Source: Candidatus Sulfobium sp.
GTDB lineage: Bacteria > Nitrospirota > Thermodesulfovibrionia > Thermodesulfovibrionales > UBA6898
Assembly: GCA_037380845.1 (NCBI GenBank)
Contig: JARRRI010000045.1
Span: forward strand, 1-13,878
Direction: 5' to 3'
DNA: 13,878 bases
This document shows, in pieces, positions 6,793-13,878 of this stretch. Under the pieces are notes generated by a model, which saw only the letters and a list, made by a program, of their open reading frames with translations, was not told the origin of the DNA and ran no database searches. The position numbers were made by a program, and so were the translations under genes. Each line of letters starts with the position of its first letter. Position 1 is the first letter of the stretch.

Positions 6793-7809
6793 ATGCTTAT
6801 CAGAGGCACATACCGTCTGTTACCTCTTGTCGCCGTCCTGTTTTTCCTTCTGTCGGCCGGCCGGGCCGGGGCCGACCGTGTCATCCTTGCCAACGGTGAT
6901 TCCCTGAGCGGTAAGATCGAAAGGGCTGTGGGGGGGAAACTGACCCTGCGGACCGAATATGCGGGGAAGGTTGAAATTGATGTAACCAAGATAAGGAAGA
7001 TATCAACCTCGGAGCCGGTGGATGTTCACCTCGCAGACGGTGAGGTGTTGAAGGGACAGCTGAGCACCACGGAGGATAACAGGATCATCGCCGAGAGGAG
7101 AGCCGGGAGGGAGGCGACTTCATTCGAATGGAAACAGGTGACATCGATCAATCCTCCGCCGCCACGATGGACCGGGAGCATAACGGTCGCCGGTAATTTA
7201 CAGACGGGAAATGTTCATACCAGCGGAGCATCCGTGTCCCTGTCGGCCTCCAAGAAGACGGCGACAGACAAATTCACCCTGCTTTATCAGTTCAACTACT
7301 CCAGAGAAAATGGCGTCATGACGGAGAGGGACCATTACGGCCTTCTGAAGTATGATTATTTCTTCTCGAAAAAATTTTACGGCTACATAAGTACCGAACT
7401 GTTTAGTGATACATTTCGCGATCTGAGTCTCAGGGTGGCTGTCGGTCCGGGCGCCGGTTACCAGCTCCTGGATGATGCAAGAAAGTCCTTGTCGGTAGAA
7501 GCGGGCGTGTCATATGTAAATGAAAGCCGTAAGGAGGGCGAGGATAAGGACTATCTCACGGTCCGGCTCGGAACTGATTTCCAATATAAGATTGCGGAAT
7601 TCCTTGCCTTTTCGGACAGGCTGATCCTCTATCCGAGGCTCGATTACGTGGGTGAATATATCCTCCGGAATGATGCCGCGCTCTCAGCACCGGTGGGCTC
7701 GGGCTGGGCTCTCAAGCTTGAGAACATAATCGACAGGGACAGCAATCCGCCCTCCGGGGTCCAGAAGACCGATGTCCAGTGGCTGCTGGGAATGCAGTAT
7801 TCTTTTTGA
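6793..7809 (+). CDS. DUF481/YdiY-family outer-membrane beta-barrel protein
   Basis: Signal peptide, N-terminal 'DRVILANGDSLSGKI' domain repeated as 'DVHLADGEVLKGQL', Pro linker (PPPP), amphipathic strands (KYDYFFS, GPGAGYQ, EAGVSYVNE), C-terminal BAM-type signal LGMQYSF. Confidence 0.88.
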   Translation: MLIRGTYRLLPLVAVLFFLLSAGRAGADRVILANGDSLSGKIERAVGGKLTLRTEYAGKVEIDVTKIRKISTSEPVDVHLADGEVLKGQLSTTEDNRIIAERRAGREATSFEWKQVTSINPPPPRWTGSITVAGNLQTGNVHTSGASVSLSASKKTATDKFTLLYQFNYSRENGVMTERDHYGLLKYDYFFSKKFYGYISTELFSDTFRDLSLRVAVGPGAGYQLLDDARKSLSVEAGVSYVNESRKEGEDKDYLTVRLGTDFQYKIAEFLAFSDRLILYPRLDYVGEYILRNDAALSAPVGSGWALKLENIIDRDSNPPSGVQKTDVQWLLGMQYSF

Positions 7810-7829
7810 TAAGTTAAGAGGCATTTTTG

Positions 7830-7955
7830 CCGCAGATAAACACGGATGAACGCTGATTCCTGAATACTTTGAATTTCTCCTCGACCAGTCCGAAAGTGAG
7901 GTCTTCCGGTTCAGGGTCGTGTCCGTAATCCGTGTCTATAAGTGTTCATCCGTGG
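7830..7955. repeat. Intergenic inverted element with arms made of three 10-nt tandem units (REP/MITE-like)
   Basis: Left arm CCGCAGATAA ACACGGATGA ACGCTGAT (7830-7857); right arm 7928-7955 reverse-complements to CCACGGATGA ACACTTATAG ACACGGAT (19/28 identical). Inner CCTGAA/TTCAGG pair. Confidence 0.7.
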
Positions 7956-8017
7956 TTAGCTGTTTTACCGGACTTACAGGCGTTTCGGAGAGGCGGGTTA
8001 CGTGATAAGATCTAAAT

Positions 8018-9256
8018 ATGAAAAGAGCGGTACTCACAATACTTCTTGCCTGCGGGGTTGCCTCATTACTCTGGCTGGCGGTCTTTTCCTGGAAGAACCT
8101 GCGCGGGATCGGTCCGGCTATTGAAAGCCCTTCCCGTGACATCGTGAAGCTTATCGGTCCCGACGGCGCGGAAGGCGGCGCCCCGGGCATGCCTCTTAAG
8201 CTTCCCCCCGGATTTTCGATATCGGTCTTCGCCAGGGGTCTGGGAGGGCCGAGGGTGATGGTCCGGGACCCGGGGGGTACGCTCCTGGTTAGCATCCCTT
8301 CCCGCGGGAGAGTGGTCGCCCTGCCTGATGAAAACGGGGACGGAACAGCCGACCGCGTTGTTACGGTGGCCGATGGACTTAGCCTGCCCCATGGTCTCGC
8401 CTTCAGATGAACCCCGGCCTGCCGTCTCTACATTGCGGAAGAAGACGAGGTGAGTGTCTATTCCTATGATCTGAAGAACATGAAGGCCGTCAAAATAAAG
8501 AAGATCGCCGATCTTCCGGACGGAGGGGGTCATGTGACACGCACTCTCCTTTTCATGCCCGGCACCGATGAAGACAGGCTCTTGGTCTCCGTGGGATCAT
8601 CCTGCAATGTCTGCAACGAGGAGGACTGGCGGAGGGCAAAGATTCTGGTTATACCTGCCGGCGGCGGGAAGCTCGATCCCTTCGCCTCAGGCCTGAGAAA
8701 CGCTGTCTTTATGGCTGTTCACCCGGAGACGAAAAAGGTCTGGGCTACGGAGATGGGTCGCGACTTCCTGGGAGACAACCTTCCTCCCGATGAAATCGAC
8801 ATCATTGAGGAAGGGAGGAATTACGGTTGGCCTTTCTGTTTCGGGCAGAATGTCCACGATTCTCGTTTTGATCCGGACAATGCCGTACAATGCAGAATAC
8901 CGGATAGCTGGCCCTCCCATATCGATATCCCGGCACACTCGGCCCCCCTGGGACTGGCCTTTTTTCCCGCAAGGGGCTGGCCGGAGCGGTTCAGAGACGA
9001 CCTCCTGGTTGCATATCACGGGTCATGGAACCGGAGCGTTCCCACGGGGTACAAGATCGTAAGATACCGGCTGGACAGCAGTGGAAAGTATCTCGGCGTG
9101 GAAGATTTTGTCTCGGGCTGGCTTACAAAGGACGGCAGTGCACTCGGGAGGCCGGTGGATATCTTAATCCGGACCGACGGGACCATATTTGTTTCTGATG
9201 ACAAGACAGGCGTCATATATCGCCTCAGTTTTCGGAAACCGGCGGAAGGGGGCTAA
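8018..9256 (+). CDS. PQQ-dependent glucose/sorbosone dehydrogenase family beta-propeller with one in-frame TGA (8408-8410); selenoprotein/readthrough or pseudogene
   Basis: Track ORFs 8018-8410 and 8450-9256 are in the same frame and join as PHGLAFR*TPACRLYIAEEDEV. Family motifs LKLPPGFSISVFA, GSSCNVC, GLRN, NYGWP, AHSAPLG, HGSWNR, GRPVD; N-terminal membrane anchor. Confidence 0.85.
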
Positions 9257-9519
9257 GGTCGAACCGGCAGCGGAGCTGTCATGTGTCCGGGCTGTTGATA
9301 GCTCTAGCCCGGATTATTCATGGAATGTGGCAGAAGCGAAAGGACACAGCATTTTCGCTCATTCTCGGTCGTTACGACCTCCGAGGAACTTGCCCTCTTT
9401 ATTTCAGGATACACAATGTCTGAATATGGGGCAAGTAAAACCGCTCAAACACTATGTTCTTTCGCCATGCAGGTAATTTGTGAATAAAGTGGGCTAACAT
9501 AAACCTTATGGAGGCTTTC

Positions 9520-10338
9520 GTGAAGCGGACTTTGATCGTATTATTCATTGTTTCTGTATTAATCCTCTCCGGAGAAGCAGGCAGGGCCCGGGCTGAAGTC
9601 GCCGGGCGCGAAGTGGTATACACGGCAGGCGGGGTAAAGATGCAAGGTTATCTCGCCTTTGATCGTAATATCGAGGGCAAGAGACCGGGGGTGCTTGTTG
9701 TCCCTGAGTGGTGGGGACTTACCGGCTATGAACAGAGGCGTGCCCGCATGCTGGCGCGACTGGGTTACGTCGCTCTGGCGGTCGATATGTACGGAGGCGG
9801 CGAACAGGCGAAGGACCCCGACGAGGCATCCCGGCTTTCATCAGAAGTCACGAAAAACTTCGAACTGGAAAAAACACGGTTCATGGCCGCCCTGACTTTC
9901 CTCAGGAAACAGCCCGTTGTGGACGGTTCGAGGGTCGCCGCAATAGGTTACTGCTTCGGAGGAGGCGTAGTGCTGAACATGGCGGCCCACGGCGTTGACC
10001 TGAAGGGGGTGGCCAGTTTTCACGGCAGTCTCGGGGCAGTCAACAATGTCGCACCCGGTGCTGTCAAGGCTAGGGTCCTCGTCTTCCAGGGCAGGGACGA
10101 CAAATTCGTCGGCCCCGAAAAAGTGGAGGCGTTCAGGCGGGAAATGAAAAAAGCCGGGGCGGATTTCCGCATTATCCTTTATCCCGGCGCCACTCACAGC
10201 TTTACCAACCCGGAGGCAGACCGGTACGCAAGGGAATTCAATCTGCCCATTGCTTACGATGCGAAGGCAGACAGGGAGTCATGGGATGCGCTTGAGAAGT
10301 TCTTCCATCGGATATTCAGAAAAGGGTCCGGCAAGTAA
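9520..10338 (+). CDS. Dienelactone hydrolase family protein with signal peptide
   Basis: PGVLVVPEWWGL, nucleophile elbow GYCFGG, ASFHG, G-x-DD, YPGATHSF; GTG 9520 with SD GGAGG at 9510-9514 (alternative ATG 9508). Confidence 0.92.
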   Translation: MKRTLIVLFIVSVLILSGEAGRARAEVAGREVVYTAGGVKMQGYLAFDRNIEGKRPGVLVVPEWWGLTGYEQRRARMLARLGYVALAVDMYGGGEQAKDPDEASRLSSEVTKNFELEKTRFMAALTFLRKQPVVDGSRVAAIGYCFGGGVVLNMAAHGVDLKGVASFHGSLGAVNNVAPGAVKARVLVFQGRDDKFVGPEKVEAFRREMKKAGADFRIILYPGATHSFTNPEADRYAREFNLPIAYDAKADRESWDALEKFFHRIFRKGSGK

Positions 10339-10434
10339 ACTCTGGAGTTTCGGAAGGCGCAAAACGGACGCTAAAAAGTCGTGAAATGACCGGACAAATG
10401 ATAGCGATCACAGTCAAAAGAAGGGTAAGATGAT

Positions 10435-10977
10435 ATGAAACCGACCGAGTTGCTGAAAGAAGAACATCAGACGATCCTACTGGTCATCGGGGCCGTGGAA
10501 CGGGAAGTGGAAAAGATCGGCAGGACCGGCAGGGTCGACAGCGGCAGGGTGAAGAAGATACTTGATTTCCTGCGCAATTTCGCGGACCATTGCCATCACG
10601 CAAAGGAAGAAAATATCCTCTTCATGCTATTGCAGGAAAAAGGGATGCCGGCCGACAGCGGCCCCATATTTGTGATGCTGGGAGAACACGAAGAAAACAG
10701 GAAAAACGTTGCCGCTGTGGCGGAGGCGCTGCCGAAGGCAGTGGAGGGAGAAGGGACTGCAGTGGCAAAGGTAAAAGATAATCTGGCTGATTATGCCCGC
10801 CGTCTCAGAGCCCATATTGACAAGGAAGACAACGTTCTCTACCCCATGGCCGACCGCATGTTTTCTGCGGAGGAGCAGGAGAAGATGGCCGGGGCCTTCG
10901 AGAAGGTGGAAGAGGAAGAAATAGGCGAGGGGGTCCATGAAAAATACCATGGACTCGCACGGGAACTTGCGGCCTGA
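10435..10977 (+). CDS. Hemerythrin (HHE) domain-containing protein
   Basis: LKEEH, HHAKEENILF, MLGEHE and HIDKEDNVLYPMA: the His/HxxxE di-iron ligand pattern. Confidence 0.92.
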   Translation: MKPTELLKEEHQTILLVIGAVEREVEKIGRTGRVDSGRVKKILDFLRNFADHCHHAKEENILFMLLQEKGMPADSGPIFVMLGEHEENRKNVAAVAEALPKAVEGEGTAVAKVKDNLADYARRLRAHIDKEDNVLYPMADRMFSAEEQEKMAGAFEKVEEEEIGEGVHEKYHGLARELAA

Positions 10978-11157
10978 AAGATGGCCCGCTCACCTCGAGA
11001 GCTAACGGAAAAGGAATGACAGGGATTATTCTGTCCAGACAGTCCTGGTGAAGTCCTTCATCCCTTCCGCGATATGGACAGCCTGACCTCTGACGTCGAC
11101 GGCCCTTACGATCTCCGCGTTAAGGGGAGGAGTCCTGCATTCCCCTGCAGGGGTTCG

Positions 11158-11187
11158 TTTACTCCATTCCCGGCATACAGGTATAAT
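11158..11187 (+). promoter_or_regulatory. Putative polA promoter, probably leaderless
   Basis: TTTACT (11158-11163), 18 nt, TATAAT (11182-11187), 5 nt, ATG; no SD. Confidence 0.55.
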
Positions 11188-11192
11188 CAGCC

Positions 11193-13835
11193 ATGAACCT
11201 TTTTCTTGTCGATGGAAATTCATATGTCTACCGTGCGTTTTACGCAATCAGGGGGCTTACCAACTCGGAGGGCTTCCCTACAAATGCAATCTACGGCTTT
11301 ACGAACATGCTGCTCAAGATCATCAGGGAAAAGCGACCCGACGGCGTCGCGGTTTTTTTCGACAGGCCCGAACCTACCGCACGCCACAGGATGTATAAGG
11401 AGTATAAGGCGCACAGGCCTGAAGCACCGGCAGACCTGGTAAGGCAGCTTCCTTACATCAGACAGGTAGTGGCCGCTTTCGGCATTCCCGTCTTTGAGAT
11501 CCCGGGATATGAGGCGGACGATCTCATAGGGACGGTCGCAAGAAAGGCCGGAGGCGCCGGAGACAGTGTGTTTATAGTTACTGCGGATAAGGACATGCTC
11601 CAGCTTGTCAACGAACGTGTAAAGATATACGACCCGATGAAAGACAGAGTTCTGGATGAGAATTACGTCAGGGAAAAATTCGGTGTCGGCCCCGAAAGGG
11701 TGACCGAATTCATAGCCCTGATGGGTGATGCCTCCGACAACATACCGGGTATAAGGGGAGTGGGGGAAAAGACCGCAAAGGAACTTCTCTCTTTATTCGG
11801 GAGCATCGACGAACTCCTCGGTCACCCGGAAAGAATTCCGAAGGAGAGACTGAAGAAGATGGTTTCGGAGAACAGTGAAATTGTCCGTCTGAGCCGGGAA
11901 CTGGCAACTATCGATACTTCCGTCCCGGTGGAATTCCGTGAAAAGGATTTTCTTCTCGGGGAACCCGACTGGGTTTCGCTGCTGCCCCTTTTCAGGAGGT
12001 TCGAATTTCTGAGTCTCATGAAGCTTATCCCGTCGGCCGCATATTCCTCCCGGGAATACGAGACGGTCACCTCGGCCGGCAGGCTGGAAGAGATCGTAGC
12101 GGGCCTCGAAGACGAGCTGGCCTTCGACACCGAAACGACCGGCAGGAACCCTCTGACGGAAAGCCTGGTCGGCATATCTCTTTGCATGAAAAACGAGAAG
12201 GCCTTCTATATTCCTGTAGGGCATTCCACCGTGCCGCCGGCGGGACAGCCCGACAAGAGAAGCGTCCTGGGAATCCTCAAGCCGGTGCTGGAGAACGAAG
12301 AGTTATCGAAGATCGGACACAACCTGAAATTCGATATCACAGTGCTTGAACGTGAGGGGATCGACCTGGCCGGGAAACTCTTCGATACCATGATCGCCGC
12401 CTACCTTCTCAACCCCAATAAGTCCAACCACAGTCTGGGCGAGGTCTCTTTCGAGTATCTTTCGAAGAGGAAGAAGTCGTTTGCCGAGATCCTGAAAAAA
12501 AGGGCCACTTTTGCGGAGGTCGCCGTTGAAGAAGCAGCCCCTTATGCGGCGGAAGACGCCGCGCTCAGCTATGAACTGAAGTCCGTGCTTTTCGAAAAAA
12601 TAGGTGCGGCCGGTCTCGAAGGTGTCTATTTCGATATCGAGATGCCGCTTATCAGGGTACTCAGCGATATGGAAAAGACCGGCATCAGGATAGAAGCGTC
12701 CCTGCTGAAGAAGATGTCGAGAGAAATAGAGGTCGAGATAGAAAGCGTGCAGAGGAGGATTTTTTTCATCGCAGGGGAAGAATTCAATATCAACTCGCCG
12801 AAGCAGCTTGGCAAGGTCCTGTTTCATAGCCTGGGACTCAATCCCTCGAAAAGGACCAAAACCGGATATTCGACAAGTGTGGACGTTTTGGAGGAACTTT
12901 CCCGGATCCACGAACTGCCGAGGGAGGTCCTCCACTTCAGGAGCCTGACCAAGCTAAAAACAACATACCTGGACGTGCTGCCTACTCTCATAAACCCCCG
13001 GACAGGCCGGGTACATACGTCATTTAACCAGACCGTGACGGCAACGGGACGGTTGAGCAGCAGCGACCCGAACCTCCAGAACATACCGGTCAGGGGAGAG
13101 TGGGGGCAAAGGATCAGGGAGGCGTTCACATCCGGAGAAGGGGACTTGCTCCTGTCATCGGACTACTCCCAGGTCGAACTCAGGATACTGGCGCACACCA
13201 GCGGCGACAGGGGGCTCATAGACGCGTTCGCGGAGGGCCTCGACATCCATAACCGGACCGCATCGGAATTATACGGCGTGTCACTCGAAGAGGTGACGCC
13301 GGAAATGAGAAGGACGGCCAAAACAGTCAATTTCGGGGTGTTATACGGCATATCTCCTTTTGGATTGTCAGAGGCGCTTGGCATCGGCAGAGAAGATGCG
13401 AAACAATACATTGACCGGTACTTTAAACGTCACCCGGGCGTCCGGGAATACATAGAGAGGACTATCGCTGAAGCGACGCAGAAGGGACATGTCACTACGC
13501 TCCTGGGGAGAAGAAGGCCGGTACCGGAATTGCATAGCGCCAACAGAAATACACGTCAACAGGGCCAGAGGCTGGCTGTAAATTCTCCCATCCAGGGGAC
13601 TGCAGCAGACATCATCAAGATCGCGATGATCAAAATAGCCGAAAGATTCAGGCGGGAAACCCTCCGGGCGAAAATGATACTCCAGGTGCATGACGAACTC
13701 CTGGTCGAGCTTCCTGAGGAGGAACTGGATGCAGTCACCGGCATTGTGACAGGTGAGATGGAGGGGGCTTTTAAGCTTGCTGTTCCCCTGAAGGTCGAGA
13801 TCGGACACGGCAAGAACTGGGCCGAAGCACACTGA
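11193..13835 (+). CDS. polA: DNA polymerase I
   Basis: 5'-3' exonuclease (LVDGNSYVYRAFYA, EADD, GDASDNIPG); 3'-5' exonuclease with intact DTE, HNLKFD and YAAED; polymerase motifs TGRLSSSDPNLQNIP, DYSQVELR, AKTVNFGVLYG, QVHDEL. Confidence 0.99.
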   Translation: MNLFLVDGNSYVYRAFYAIRGLTNSEGFPTNAIYGFTNMLLKIIREKRPDGVAVFFDRPEPTARHRMYKEYKAHRPEAPADLVRQLPYIRQVVAAFGIPVFEIPGYEADDLIGTVARKAGGAGDSVFIVTADKDMLQLVNERVKIYDPMKDRVLDENYVREKFGVGPERVTEFIALMGDASDNIPGIRGVGEKTAKELLSLFGSIDELLGHPERIPKERLKKMVSENSEIVRLSRELATIDTSVPVEFREKDFLLGEPDWVSLLPLFRRFEFLSLMKLIPSAAYSSREYETVTSAGRLEEIVAGLEDELAFDTETTGRNPLTESLVGISLCMKNEKAFYIPVGHSTVPPAGQPDKRSVLGILKPVLENEELSKIGHNLKFDITVLEREGIDLAGKLFDTMIAAYLLNPNKSNHSLGEVSFEYLSKRKKSFAEILKKRATFAEVAVEEAAPYAAEDAALSYELKSVLFEKIGAAGLEGVYFDIEMPLIRVLSDMEKTGIRIEASLLKKMSREIEVEIESVQRRIFFIAGEEFNINSPKQLGKVLFHSLGLNPSKRTKTGYSTSVDVLEELSRIHELPREVLHFRSLTKLKTTYLDVLPTLINPRTGRVHTSFNQTVTATGRLSSSDPNLQNIPVRGEWGQRIREAFTSGEGDLLLSSDYSQVELRILAHTSGDRGLIDAFAEGLDIHNRTASELYGVSLEEVTPEMRRTAKTVNFGVLYGISPFGLSEALGIGREDAKQYIDRYFKRHPGVREYIERTIAEATQKGHVTTLLGRRRPVPELHSANRNTRQQGQRLAVNSPIQGTAADIIKIAMIKIAERFRRETLRAKMILQVHDELLVELPEEELDAVTGIVTGEMEGAFKLAVPLKVEIGHGKNWAEAH

Positions 13836-13878
13836 GACGGCGTGGGGCCTCTCCAGTGCCTATGCCCGTGCGCTATGC

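Noticed and set aside
7830..7955. CRISPR array or hammerhead ribozyme interpretation of the repeat element
   Set aside because: Units are 10 nt with no spacers and no cas genes nearby; the hammerhead CUGANGA core is absent.
8450..9256. Independent gene starting at GTG 8450
   Set aside because: It would begin mid-propeller without an export signal; it is the in-frame continuation of the 8018 ORF.
10426..10437. TAAGAT before the hemerythrin ATG as a third leaderless promoter
   Set aside because: Only 3 nt from the ATG, which is too close; a purine-rich SD-like AAGAAGGG is present.
4569..10977. P460 + hemerythrin as one nitrosative-stress cluster
   Set aside because: They are over 5 kb apart on opposite strands with unrelated genes between; no shared motif was seen.
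11206..13832. Multiple short ORFs overlapping polA, and similar ones over the ABC, hydrolase and hemerythrin genes
   Set aside because: Off-frame or antisense shadows of well-supported genes with no motifs.

Overview
Bacterial chromosomal window of moderately high GC; the gene content and AGG/ATA-rich codon usage loosely suggest a Nitrospirota/Thermodesulfovibrionia-like anaerobe (inference only). In order: the 3' part of a probable beta-propeller protein with a C-terminal CxxCH, a MacB/FtsX-type ABC permease with a Cys-Cys motif and its LolD-like ATPase, a Cys-motif hypothetical protein, a small coiled-coil protein, a small exported R/H/W-rich protein, a cytochrome P460-family protein, a rhomboid protease, an exported hypothetical protein, a DUF481 outer-membrane barrel, a glucose/sorbosone dehydrogenase-family gene interrupted by one in-frame TGA, a dienelactone hydrolase, a hemerythrin-like protein and a complete polA. 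No tRNA, rRNA, CRISPR array or transposase was seen. Most notable: the in-frame TGA in a R-*-T-P-A-C context (selenocysteine vs nonsense), a candidate orphan sRNA/attenuator with two alternative folds (about 4441-4516), an inverted element built from 10-nt units (7830-7955), the CxxCH propeller + CC-permease operon, tandem TTCACA boxes, and two candidate leaderless genes.
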